IMG/VR virus record: IMGVR_UViG_3300028920_000902
Location: 12,298-76,297 of that record
Reading direction: 5' to 3' (one strand)
Source of the DNA: a virus
Lineage: Duplodnaviria; Heunggongvirae; Uroviricota; Caudoviricetes
Length of the DNA stretch: 64,000 nucleotides
This document shows positions 18,807 to 27,374 of this stretch, one piece after another (position 1 is the first letter of the stretch; each line of letters starts with the position of its first letter). Under the pieces are notes generated by a model, which saw nothing but the letters and a program-made list of their open reading frames with translations, ran no database searches and was not told the DNA's origin. The translations under genes were made by a program, and so were the position numbers.

Positions 18807-19274
18807 CGACGGGCGGTGAAACGAACGGGGTTGCGATGGGAAACGTGTACGGGGCCGCACATCTGGAGGAACAGGAATAACCTGGTTGGAGGTGCAGAGT
18901 GGTATCTGTTCTGGGATGCTGACATTGTGCCTGCCGATCCCCGGAGGGCCATACGACAGCTTCTCAACAGGAAGCGGTCAATAGTCGGTGGTGCCTACAT
19001 ACAGAGGGGGGCGGAGCACTATTGCGCTGCGGTAAACGACAGGGGGCATGTGTCACAGAACAGCACGGGCATTCATTCTGTTGATTGGGTGGGGGCTGGT
19101 TTTTTGTTGGTGCATCAGAGCGTTTTTGATACGTGTCCGAAGCCGTGGTTTCGGCACGAGTTTGTGGGAGACGATCAGACGCCAGAGGACATAGGGTTTT
19201 GCATGAATGCTCGCCGCAACGGGTTTAAGGTGTATGTGGACTGTGATGTGAAACTGGAACACATAGGAGGATAA
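18807..19274 (+). CDS. truncated GT2-like glycosyltransferase (C-terminal half only; possible pseudogene or split gene)
   Basis: DxD-like FWDADIVP plus downstream EDIGFCMNARRNGFKVYVDCDVKLEHIG, typical of a GT2 C-terminal half. At most ~55 aa precede the DAD motif, so the N-terminal Rossmann half is missing. Confidence 0.45.
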   Translation, partial: RRAVKRTGLRWETCTGPHIWRNRNNLVGGAEWYLFWDADIVPADPRRAIRQLLNRKRSIVGGAYIQRGAEHYCAAVNDRGHVSQNSTGIHSVDWVGAGFLLVHQSVFDTCPKPWFRHEFVGDDQTPEDIGFCMNARRNGFKVYVDCDVKLEHIGG

Positions 19275-19275
19275 T

Positions 19276-19449
19276 GTGGCTGAAGAAGACATCCGCACCC
19301 GCGAAGAGCTACTGATTGAGCAGTGTGAGGTTTTCAAAAAACGGGAGCAGTTGAGGAGCAACATTGCACAAGCCCAAAACATGATACGGGAGTGCAATCA
19401 GAAGATTGTTGAACTGGAGCAGGTGTTGCAGAAAAAGGAGTCAAAATAA
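19276..19449 (+). CDS. small coiled-coil protein (57 aa, below ORF-track cutoff)
   Basis: GGAGG RBS at 19266-19270, then a GTG start 5 nt downstream. Heptad-like E/K/Q-rich sequence. Ends 1 nt before the next ATG. Confidence 0.35.
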   Translation: MAEEDIRTREELLIEQCEVFKKREQLRSNIAQAQNMIRECNQKIVELEQVLQKKESK

Positions 19450-20397
19450 ATGGCAGTCAATGTATGGAGCGCAGCGGGAGCGGGCAACTGGAGCGCAGGG
19501 GGCAACTGGAGCCTCGGCCATGCCCCGCAGGCCGGTGAGGACGTGCTGTTCGACAACACAAGCGTGCAGAACTGCACCGTGGACGTAGCCGACTTTTTGA
19601 CTATTCTCGGGGATTTGACAGTAGCAGACACATACACGGGCACTGTCTCAGCAGCGGCGGCCAAAGTGTTTGTTGTTGGCGGAGATGTGTACTTGGGCAC
19701 CGGAGTAACGTGGAGCTGGAATACTGCCGCCACACTACGCCTCAAGCCAGTCGGGGCGCAGACTATCGAAACAAATGGCAACGGCGGGCACACCATTACT
19801 GGTGTGGCTGGTGCTGGTGGTTCGATGCAATTAGTAGATGCGTTGAACATGACAACTTGCAACATGACCGGATTTCCGTGGGACCAAAACGGGCAAGACA
19901 TTATCGCGTCTGGTAATTTGTCTATTACTGCCGCAGGGTGTACGTGGGATGGTGACATCAGTTGTTCTGGTATGTTCGTGAGCCTCAACAGTAGCAACGT
20001 CACTGGTTCGCTCACATTGTCTTCTACTGCATCAATCACCGTTTCTGGGTCGGTGACCGTTGCGCGGCTGATATTGTCTGCCGGAGAAACGTACACCATT
20101 TGGAGTGGTGCCAATGTACTGACCATTGGATCATACACAGCGGGCGACTGGGACGGAGCGACACTACAGGGTAACGCGGGCTTCGATTGGAACATGTCGG
20201 CCCCTGCTGGTATGGTCGTATCCAACATGGCGGTGGCAGACAGCAACAACTCGGGTGCGGCTATTGACGCCTCTGACGGTACGAACACAGACAATGGCGA
20301 CAACACGGGGTGGAATTTTGTCGCTCCCGCTCCCCCCGCAACCGCCAGCACCCCCAAACAGTCAAAGTGCAGCATTGGCATAGGAATTGGCATATGA
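19450..20397 (+). CDS. tail fiber/adhesin-like protein (Gly/Ser/Thr-rich beta-helical, 315 aa)
   Basis: N-terminal WSAAGAGNWSAGGNWSLGHAPQAGEDVLFDN motif typical of beta-helical adhesins and fibers; S/T-rich. Confidence 0.55.
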   Translation: MAVNVWSAAGAGNWSAGGNWSLGHAPQAGEDVLFDNTSVQNCTVDVADFLTILGDLTVADTYTGTVSAAAAKVFVVGGDVYLGTGVTWSWNTAATLRLKPVGAQTIETNGNGGHTITGVAGAGGSMQLVDALNMTTCNMTGFPWDQNGQDIIASGNLSITAAGCTWDGDISCSGMFVSLNSSNVTGSLTLSSTASITVSGSVTVARLILSAGETYTIWSGANVLTIGSYTAGDWDGATLQGNAGFDWNMSAPAGMVVSNMAVADSNNSGAAIDASDGTNTDNGDNTGWNFVAPAPPATASTPKQSKCSIGIGIGI

Positions 20398-20810
20398 TTG
20401 GCTACCCTGAACACTACGATGTGAAGCCGCCGGGCCGTGATGGCCGGGTGTGGACTGTTCAGAATCCTGATGGGAAGTTTGGCTACAATTACAGGGGCGT
20501 GAGAATCATTCCCAGAGACGGGTTTAAGACCGATTTCGCGTCAATCCCGCGTATTGCTTGGAGACTGATTGGGCCGCCGACAGGATATGGCAAAAAGGCT
20601 AACTACGGGCCTGCTGCTGTCATTCACGACGTTTGTTACGTGACTCGGGTGATGGGCAGCGACCCCAACGGGCGCAAGCTGGCTGACAAGGTGATGCTGG
20701 CGGCCATGAAGGACTTGGGGGTGTCCTTGTGGAGGCGGCGGCTGATGTACCGGATTCTGCGCCTGTTTGGGAGAAGGTACTATGGGCGCGGAGAGTGTGA
20801 ATTTCCCTAG
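20394..20810 (+). CDS. DUF1353-family phage protein
   Basis: GFKTDFASIPRIAWRLIGPP...AAVIHDVCY matches the DUF1353 signature; ATGA overlap with the upstream gene. Confidence 0.65.
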   Translation: MIGYPEHYDVKPPGRDGRVWTVQNPDGKFGYNYRGVRIIPRDGFKTDFASIPRIAWRLIGPPTGYGKKANYGPAAVIHDVCYVTRVMGSDPNGRKLADKVMLAAMKDLGVSLWRRRLMYRILRLFGRRYYGRGECEFP

Positions 20811-21109
20811 TCCTTGTCGAGTTCTATGTGGATATGGTTTCCTTCGGGCACCACGTCAAAGTCGGTGCCCAATTTGTTGCCCAGTCTTTGGATAACTTCA
20901 GCCCTGTCCATGTGGTCAATTTTGGGCCAGCGGATGTCGAATGCCCTTCCTGATGGGTGCAGGCTGCCAATTCCGTGGGTTCCCTCGCGGACTGAAGTGA
21001 TGAACAGGTCATTATCGTAGGCGTGATACCACTTCTCGACCAGCCGCAACCCCTCGGCAGTCTCTGTGGTCAGTTCGCCGTAAACTCCGAGCTTGTAAAA
21101 TGTACTCAT
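20807..21109 (-). CDS. endolysin, peptidase M15 (L-Ala-D-Glu peptidase/VanY-like)
   Basis: SLHPSGRAFDIRW ... GNHIHIEL zinc-binding H-x6-D ... H-x-H arrangement. Confidence 0.75.
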   Translation of the reverse strand: MSTFYKLGVYGELTTETAEGLRLVEKWYHAYDNDLFITSVREGTHGIGSLHPSGRAFDIRWPKIDHMDRAEVIQRLGNKLGTDFDVVPEGNHIHIELDKD

Positions 21110-21367
21110 TTATGAAACTCCTTCTGCTGCGACGAGCACAAGCGGTGTTTTCAGCCAATCTATGTCTTCAGGGACACAGATTACGGCAAGGTCGCACTTG
21201 TTGATTTCTTCTTTTGGGACACCCACGTAGAGGTGATTGCCGTTGTTGATGGAAAAATCGGTACTTTCGTCGCGCTTGGGGTCATATACGACCACCTCGT
21301 ACTTGTCGTTGAAAAAGGCCGCCATTTCCTTGCCCACATCCCCATAGCCAACAATGCCAACCATCAT
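21110..21367 (-). CDS. short Rossmann-fold NAD(P)-binding-like protein (85 aa; possibly a fragment)
   Basis: GIVGYGDVG...VVVYD glycine-rich dinucleotide-binding motif, but only 85 aa. Confidence 0.4.
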   Translation of the reverse strand: MMVGIVGYGDVGKEMAAFFNDKYEVVVYDPKRDESTDFSINNGNHLYVGVPKEEINKCDLAVICVPEDIDWLKTPLVLVAAEGVS

Positions 21368-21780
21368 TTCATGTCCTCCGCGTCTTCGATGAACCTGTCG
21401 ATGATTTGCTGCACATCTTCAGGGGTTTGTGCAATCTGCCACGGTAGCTCCCGTGCCTGTACCTTCTGCTGCCCGTGGAGGCCAGTCTTGGTTTTTAGCT
21501 CAAGACTAAGGGCCAAGCTGTGCCTGTCGTTGATGGGTATAAGCACGGTACAGTCAGGAAGGCCCCCCAGAGCCTTTCTGAGCCCCCACAGCACTCCGGG
21601 GTATGTCTTGGACAGGGCACGGTGTAGGACGCCCCAGAGACGGTCTGGGAGGCGTATATACGAAAGCCCCTTGGCAGCAAGGTAATCGTCGGTGAATTTC
21701 TGCAATGCCGCCTCGGGCATTTTCACCTTGCGGGTGGATTTGCGGGCGTAGCGGCCTGCCTGCTGGCGCTTAGTCAGCAT
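21364..21780 (-). CDS. VRR-NUC domain nuclease
   Basis: PDCTVLIP...LALSLELKTKTGLHGQQK matches the VRR-NUC PD-(D/E)xK pattern. Confidence 0.7.
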   Translation of the reverse strand: MLTKRQQAGRYARKSTRKVKMPEAALQKFTDDYLAAKGLSYIRLPDRLWGVLHRALSKTYPGVLWGLRKALGGLPDCTVLIPINDRHSLALSLELKTKTGLHGQQKVQARELPWQIAQTPEDVQQIIDRFIEDAEDMK

Positions 21781-21994
21781 TTGCTGCCTGTCTTTCTTTT
21801 TGCCAAAACCGCCGCGCTTCGTTGTTTAAGTGCTCATCTAGGCGCTTCATCGCTTCTATTTCGCGCTCTTTGGTAGGCAGATTTTCTTCGATCAGGCTGA
21901 CAACGTAGCCGCCAATCTTAAACCCCTCTTTTCTAATCCTTTTTAACCGTGCGTGTAGTTCGTCTGGCATTCTCAGAGTAAGCATTTTCATCAT
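21770..21994 (-). CDS. ribbon-helix-helix (Arc/CopG-like) DNA-binding protein
   Basis: MKMLTLRMPDELHARLKRIRKEGFKIGGYV; AAGGAG RBS upstream of an internal ATG. The longer ORF-track form (to 22177) would overlap the + strand gene. Confidence 0.55.
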   Translation of the reverse strand: MMKMLTLRMPDELHARLKRIRKEGFKIGGYVVSLIEENLPTKEREIEAMKRLDEHLNNEARRFWQKERQAANAD

Positions 21995-22001
21995 TTTCTC
22001 C

Positions 22002-22030
22002 TTGCAAATGTGCGACATCTTTTGTATATT
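22002..22030 (+). promoter_or_regulatory. sigma70-like promoter TTGCAA-N17-TATATT
   Basis: Exact 17-nt spacing; ~30 nt upstream of the DUF559 gene start, in a divergent intergenic region. Confidence 0.45.
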
Positions 22031-22061
22031 AAGATACCACATTCCACAGGAGATGTCAACC

Positions 22062-22694
22062 ATGAAACACACAAAAGAATGGAAATCGTGTTCAAAACTG
22101 TGGTATGTGCCTTGGCCCAAGGGTCGAGACAGGGAAAAAATGCTTGGATATGTGCGTGATAATATTAAGCTTGCCAAAAAAAATCCCCATGAATTACGTG
22201 TGTATTCTGTGTTGAAGACCGAATTTTGTCATATGAAGTTTGGATGGCAAAAGTGGTTGGCATTTCGCATCTTTGATTTTTGGTCACACAAATACGGATG
22301 TGTTGTTGAGGTTGATGGGGCCACGCACGACCCCATTAAAGATTATCTGAGAGACGAGGCATTTTTTAGGCGATATGCCATTATTACCCTGCGTGTTCGC
22401 AACGGCCACCAAGAAGACATTAATTGGCTTCGGCGCGTCCTTCCTCGGCTTGGGACTTGGAAAACGCGCCATCGAAACATGGGTATTGGCATAGACGCAA
22501 CGCGCTTGTCGGAACATCATGGCGTGAGCCTCTTGAAACAATTTATTAACTCTCTACATTCCGAAAGTATTCGACCAAACTATGCCCCAGAGCATGTCCT
22601 GCCAGCAAAGAAAAGGCACCCTCGCCTTCAAAAGATTTCCGGTGGGAAAAAACGCGTTCGTATTCCCTTTCACCGCAAGCTGAATTTGTATTAG
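22062..22694 (+). CDS. DUF559/Vsr-like endonuclease-fold protein
   Basis: FDFWSHKYGCVVEVDGATHD matches the DUF559 core; AGGAG RBS. Confidence 0.6.
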   Translation: MKHTKEWKSCSKLWYVPWPKGRDREKMLGYVRDNIKLAKKNPHELRVYSVLKTEFCHMKFGWQKWLAFRIFDFWSHKYGCVVEVDGATHDPIKDYLRDEAFFRRYAIITLRVRNGHQEDINWLRRVLPRLGTWKTRHRNMGIGIDATRLSEHHGVSLLKQFINSLHSESIRPNYAPEHVLPAKKRHPRLQKISGGKKRVRIPFHRKLNLY

Positions 22695-22797
22695 TGCGCT
22701 GCCTTTTCGTGGTTCGGCCCGCTCATGCGTTCTCTTCCCCCCCGGTGGCGGTCTCGACAATTCTGCACAGCGCAGCGCCCAGCAACGTAGTTGCTGC

Positions 22798-23160
22798 CTA
22801 CAGTTCGCCACTGTTGACCATTGATATGATTTTTTCCATCCTTTGGCGGTAATGCTCTCTGAAATTCTCCTCACCTTCCCCGCCTAATGCAAGAAATTCG
22901 CACCATAGTTCAGAACGGAGTTTTTGGGACATGGATTGGCGATCTCCGGGGCGTTTGGGTACATCTGGCACCACTTCGTGGTGAGCGCTACGCTGTGTAG
23001 CCTCCACGGACACCTTCAGGGGTTGGCCCCGAACCTGCACCAGATACAGCGCCTGCGCCAATGAGGACTCGGGGATGTCGAAGATGACCCGTGCCCCGTC
23101 CCCACCGGAAATCTGTAACCCCCGCTGTATCGTGGGGATTGATGCCTCAAAGGTTATCAC
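22798..23160 (-). CDS. hypothetical protein (120 aa), last gene of the recombination operon
   Basis: Adjacent to the upstream gene stop; no confident family assignment. Confidence 0.45.
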   Translation of the reverse strand: MITFEASIPTIQRGLQISGGDGARVIFDIPESSLAQALYLVQVRGQPLKVSVEATQRSAHHEVVPDVPKRPGDRQSMSQKLRSELWCEFLALGGEGEENFREHYRQRMEKIISMVNSGEL

Positions 23161-23391
23161 CTACCACCCCTCCCAGCTATTCTCGGCCCCCGCACCGGGC
23201 TTATCCTGAGACTCCACGGGGTCACCGACAGCAAAACTCCAATACGGGCCACCCTTCCCGGTTTTCTTCCAGCCGGAGAGCCAGTATTCGGTGCCGCCGA
23301 CGTTGATTCTGCCCTTACCGTCGGGCTGGTTCTCAGTCTTCTTGTCGGCATTGCGGAACATGATGCCTGAGTTATCCTTCTGCTTGTTCAC
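23161..23391 (-). CDS. DUF736-like protein
   Basis: NQPDGKGRINVGGTEYWLSGWKKTGKGGPYWSFAVGDP resembles the DUF736 core (xAWKKTSKEGRDYLSVKLDDP). Confidence 0.5.
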   Translation of the reverse strand: MNKQKDNSGIMFRNADKKTENQPDGKGRINVGGTEYWLSGWKKTGKGGPYWSFAVGDPVESQDKPGAGAENSWEGW

Positions 23392-23924
23392 TCGTTACCT
23401 CCCACGAGAATGTGTTTTGCTTGGTCTATCAGGGTGTCCGGCGGGAAATACCACCACTCACCATTGTCATCCTTCGTCTTTGGCACACCGACACGCCGCT
23501 GTTTCACGCCGCGCACGTACCCAAAACCGTCAATGTCTCCGAGCGCATACAGGTAGCGCCCAATGCCGTGGTGTACAGCAGCTCGCCGCAGCGCCTCAGA
23601 ACAGCCCCCCTTGAACGCCTCAATCGTGGTGTACTGCGCCCCGTCGGTCTTCCAGATCCATGCGGATTCTGATTCTTCCTTGTTAGTGTATATTCGTATT
23701 CCCAACGAGCACAAAATACCATTTGGGCAGGCTTCCATCTTGGTCTGCCAGCTAAACGCTCCCACAATACGGTCAAGGCGCTCCATGACATCCCGTGCAT
23801 CTATGTACGCCAGCAGCATACAGGTGGGCCGATTGTCGCTCCAGTATGGCCCGCCGCCGATTCTCCAGCGCACATTGTCCACCTCAAACGGTGCCGCAAG
23901 AGCCGATGCAATTGATTCTGTCAC
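23388..23924 (-). CDS. Rad52/Rad22-family single-strand annealing protein
   Basis: ALRRAAVHHGIGRYLY motif plus N-terminal beta-rich segment; AAGGGG RBS. Confidence 0.7.
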   Translation of the reverse strand: MTESIASALAAPFEVDNVRWRIGGGPYWSDNRPTCMLLAYIDARDVMERLDRIVGAFSWQTKMEACPNGILCSLGIRIYTNKEESESAWIWKTDGAQYTTIEAFKGGCSEALRRAAVHHGIGRYLYALGDIDGFGYVRGVKQRRVGVPKTKDDNGEWWYFPPDTLIDQAKHILVGGNE

Positions 23925-23956
23925 TTATCCCCTTCTATGGTTGTTCGGTGGTGCGC

Positions 23957-23981
23957 ACAACTAGTGCTATGATCTACTTCT
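23957..23981 (-). promoter_or_regulatory. conserved 25-nt motif (AGAAGTAGATCATAGCACTAGTTGT on - strand), copy 1
   Basis: Identical 25-mer recurs at 42568-42592 (+); a related copy is at 26904-26921. Each sits 40-60 nt upstream of an operon start and points into it. Confidence 0.45.
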
Positions 23982-24092
23982 TACCCAATCTACTTGTTGT
24001 TGTTGCGCCGCGCAACCACAAGATGTAGTATCCACTTTGCAGCGCACACGCACCCTGTATACGGATCGCATGTCAGCAACACCCACAGTTTG

Positions 24093-25865
24093 CTAATCGT
24101 CTGGGTTGTAGTTTCTGCCAAGCGACGTGTCTTCGTCTGTCTCAAAATAAAGCCCCGTGTTTACATCGTAGTTGAACTTGACCATTCCAACCTGTCCATA
24201 GTTCTTGTATTTGACCTTTTTGATGTGAACCTCGACGGTATTGTCATCAAAATTTCTGTACACCACAATCCCGTTATCTGCCTTGTTGTAGAAATTTGCT
24301 GACCCGCTGATGTCATAAAGCCCCGGAATTGGATACTTCCCGCTATCTTTGTGGCGATGCATCTTCGCTGGGTGAGCTACAAGTATCACACATACGCCGT
24401 GTTTTCTGGCGAATTTCCTCAGTTTGCGCAAGCAAACCCCGGTATACTCGCTGTCGTTCATGTCTCGCGGCTTCTGCATTTCTATCTCGTTCCACGGGTC
24501 TATTATCAGGCAATCAACTTCGTGCTGTACAGACATGCAGGAGGACAGGATGGTGTCAAGGCACAAATCTTCTTCCGTTGCATCAACAAAGTCGAAATGT
24601 GCGTCTATGAACTCTATTGCCCTGTCTACTTCGCTTCTCTGGGCTTCCCACATGTTTTTGGCACAGTATTTCTCGGCCAGTTTGTTGAAGTGTATCTCAA
24701 CCGGGTAGTTTTCTGGCGAAAACACAACAAAGCGCCACCCAAAGCGTTTGGCCAACAAAATTGATAAAAAGTCCACAAATTCGCTCTTGCCATGCGTTGG
24801 CACACCGGTCACGATGGTTAGATACCCCTTTTCGAGTCTCAGGCATTCATCAAATCGCGGGAGCATAAGGCGCTTTCCAGACTCCCGTGTGCCGTCATAG
24901 AATTTATATATGCTTTCTCTGAAGTCGGATGCCTTGACTGTGGTGGTCGATGGGAACATGTCATAGTCAACATTTTTGAGCTCTGGCTGATCGTCACCGT
25001 ACCCATCGCGCCTTAGCTGCTTGGCTGCTGCCACAAAATCGCCGTTGTGGTTGAGAATTGCGTATACAGCCGAGGCCTTGTATATCGTGTTGGCGGTGAA
25101 TTGTGTGGATGTGGTGAACACGTAGAGTCTGTCGGGTACGTGGTTCCACGTTGCGCTGATTCCACCGCTCTTGTCGGGGCGGCACAGGGCCACCTTGTCG
25201 CCGTTCTGGTGGGCAACAGTCCAACCATGACTGAGCAAAAGGTCAACGGGGTTGTTCTTCTGGTCATAATCATCAAGCGGGGAGAGGCCATTGCGGCTAA
25301 TTGATACTGTTTCTGGTGCCTGAAATGTTTTTAGATCTTCTGTTTTGTCGAAATATGCAGCGAACGCCATGAGATTATTGGCGTCTTCCAGACTGATTGT
25401 TGGTATTTCTGTCAGTTTGCCGCGCAGTATTTTGTATCCCGGCGAGGGGTTGCAAAGGAAGTATCCGCCCTCTCCCCGTGTTTCTATGAGTACCGTTGGT
25501 TTGTTCTTTGTCCCCTTTTGGGCCAGTTTTCTGTTTTCAATGCAGTTTTCGGGGCAGCGATAGAGTACATGGAACCCACCGCTGGGCGTTTTTTGAACCA
25601 CAAGCCTGTCGGTCAGGTGCGGAGTGTATTGCTTGACCAGGCTGCCCCATTCCTTGAACGCACTGCCCCCATCATCGAAGTCAACGCACTGTAAACCACC
25701 CGATACCTGCCCGCAAATGATGGCTATGGGGGGTTTCCACTTGGCAAATTCTTCCGGTGTGGGTATGCGGGTCTGGTATTCAGCCCACGGCACAAGCGGG
25801 CGCTTGTCGGACTTAACCGGAATAACGGAGAGTCCCGCACTCGCCAAGTCGGCAAAAATACTCAC
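24093..25865 (-). CDS. bifunctional primase-polymerase (PrimPol) / SF4-like helicase
   Basis: N-terminal PrimPol VDFDDGG. C-terminal Walker A GVPTHGKSEF and Walker B CLIIDPWNE. Confidence 0.8.
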   Translation of the reverse strand: MSIFADLASAGLSVIPVKSDKRPLVPWAEYQTRIPTPEEFAKWKPPIAIICGQVSGGLQCVDFDDGGSAFKEWGSLVKQYTPHLTDRLVVQKTPSGGFHVLYRCPENCIENRKLAQKGTKNKPTVLIETRGEGGYFLCNPSPGYKILRGKLTEIPTISLEDANNLMAFAAYFDKTEDLKTFQAPETVSISRNGLSPLDDYDQKNNPVDLLLSHGWTVAHQNGDKVALCRPDKSGGISATWNHVPDRLYVFTTSTQFTANTIYKASAVYAILNHNGDFVAAAKQLRRDGYGDDQPELKNVDYDMFPSTTTVKASDFRESIYKFYDGTRESGKRLMLPRFDECLRLEKGYLTIVTGVPTHGKSEFVDFLSILLAKRFGWRFVVFSPENYPVEIHFNKLAEKYCAKNMWEAQRSEVDRAIEFIDAHFDFVDATEEDLCLDTILSSCMSVQHEVDCLIIDPWNEIEMQKPRDMNDSEYTGVCLRKLRKFARKHGVCVILVAHPAKMHRHKDSGKYPIPGLYDISGSANFYNKADNGIVVYRNFDDNTVEVHIKKVKYKNYGQVGMVKFNYDVNTGLYFETDEDTSLGRNYNPDD

Positions 25866-26596
25866 GGTATGTAGCCGCCCTTTTTTGGCGGGGCCGTTTC
25901 TGCGTGTACAAAGCGCTTAAAGGGGGACGGCTTAGATAGGGTGCCCTTTCTGAAAAAGTCCTCAATGGTGTGTTTGTAGGTGTAGAAGTTGTTTTTGTCG
26001 TCGAGAGCATCAGCGTAGTTGCGCACCGCGTTGCACAGTTCCTGTTCCGAGTAGTCATCCCTCCATTGGCGGATTGCTGCCTGCTGGTCTTTAGTGAGCT
26101 TGCGGTGGGTTGTCAGGTCAGGGTGCAGCAACCAGAACATGAAAACATTTTTGGGGGATAATAGATCTTCTTCTTTTATGTCTTTAGATAGAATTGAACT
26201 GAACTGAATAGAAGTGGAAACGGGGGGGGTTGGTTTACTGCTGTGAGAGTTCGGTATTACTTCAGTATTACTTACTGTATCTACTATCCACCCCAATGAG
26301 TTACAACAGAAAGTTATTGTTTCGCTGACGGTCTTTTCAGAGTACAGTGTGAGTGCGCTCACATCGGAGTAAGAGTACGGTATCCCGTTACTTTGGAGTT
26401 CACCACGGGGTTTGCAGGTCGATGCAAGCTCTACAATTGCGCACCAACAGCCAAACATGGCCTCCCCGTTTTTCTCTTTCAGGATCTTCGTGTATCCAAA
26501 TCCGCGCTTGTTTGGCATGGCCACCCAATGGGTTCTCTCAAACCTTCTGCTTTGCGCGTTTTCAAAGATGTCATTCCAGTTACGAATGATGATCAT
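25862..26596 (-). CDS. replication initiation/replisome-organizer-like protein
   Basis: Likely start MIIIRNWNDIFENAQ...FERTHWVAMP (phage replisome organizer N-terminal-like). ATGA overlap with the primase gene. Confidence 0.5.
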   Translation of the reverse strand: MIIIRNWNDIFENAQSRRFERTHWVAMPNKRGFGYTKILKEKNGEAMFGCWCAIVELASTCKPRGELQSNGIPYSYSDVSALTLYSEKTVSETITFCCNSLGWIVDTVSNTEVIPNSHSSKPTPPVSTSIQFSSILSKDIKEEDLLSPKNVFMFWLLHPDLTTHRKLTKDQQAAIRQWRDDYSEQELCNAVRNYADALDDKNNFYTYKHTIEDFFRKGTLSKPSPFKRFVHAETAPPKKGGYIP

Positions 26597-26903
26597 ATGT
26601 TGTCCGAACAAAAAGAGACACCTGCCCCATGCAGACCGACCAAGGATTGTATGGGCTGTGCGCTCGTCGGGAGACGAGACAGGTGTCAGTGATTGCAGGC
26701 ATTGTGGTCGATCTGCATGTCCCCAATATACACCATGTCTGTGGGGAGTGCAAGGGTTATTTGAGGGGGCGGGGCAGGCCAGCCAAAGGATAACTGACTT
26801 GTCCGCGTAACCGCCACCACAACGGTCAGAGGCCCCCGGAACCTGTTTACCAATGCTCACGAAAGTACACTATGGGTCAATTTCTGTGCTGCAAAATAAA
26901 CCG

Positions 26904-26945
26904 CACAACTAGTGCTATGATCAACCACGCTACCCAGCGTAGCGC
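26904..26945 (-). promoter_or_regulatory. conserved motif copy 2 (ACAACTAGTGCTATGATC) plus CAGCGTAGCGCC element
   Basis: In the ~350 nt non-coding region upstream of the replication genes; shares both motif families. Confidence 0.4.
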
Positions 26946-26962
26946 CCCGCAACTTGTTGCGG

Positions 26963-27055
26963 CTACCGTATTACAGCCTCCCAGATCCACCCAATAACAA
27001 GATACACGGCAATGAGTGATACCAGCACGGTACATGCCCAGTAGAAGTTATTCAT
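26963..27055 (-). CDS. 30 aa hydrophobic peptide (single TM)
   Basis: MNNFYWACTVLVSLIAVYLVIGWIWEAVIR; ATG overlaps the stop of the upstream 54 aa ORF. Confidence 0.25.
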   Translation of the reverse strand: MNNFYWACTVLVSLIAVYLVIGWIWEAVIR

Positions 27056-27212
27056 GGTAGATATCCTGTTTGAGGGAGGTGATTTTCTGGTCAAGTATTC
27101 TGATTGCTTCGGCGAGGAACATGCCGGTTTCCACGATGTTTTCAAGAGCGAGGCGGTGTTGTTCGTGTCCGGATTCTAGTTCTTTGAGTCGGTTTTCTGT
27201 GGAGTTTTCCAT
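27048..27212 (-). CDS. 54 aa coiled-coil protein (below ORF-track cutoff)
   Basis: MENSTENRLKELESGHEQHRLALENIVETGMFLAEAIRILDQKITSLKQDIYHE read from the reverse strand. Confidence 0.3.
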   Translation of the reverse strand: MENSTENRLKELESGHEQHRLALENIVETGMFLAEAIRILDQKITSLKQDIYHE

Positions 27213-27374
27213 ATAGTTATCAACCTTTAGAGTATTGTGGCCACACGGCCACGCCCACGAGACCGTTACAATTTAGTTTCCGGCAGAGGTGATTATTGTG
27301 GTCAAGATACCACACCCAGCACGCATCATGTGCAAGTTTGGTTCGCAGGACTTCGATTAGTGCGGCTTGTGGTG

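Noticed and set aside
22554-22874. 106 aa - strand ORF
   Set aside because: It is antisense to and largely overlapping the DUF559 gene, which has a promoter and RBS; likely spurious.
26597-26860. N-terminal 88 codons of ORF 25862..26860
   Set aside because: The extension is low-complexity (C/P/G-rich) and runs through a non-coding region holding conserved motif copy 2. The internal ATG at 26596 gives a replisome-organizer-like N-terminus.
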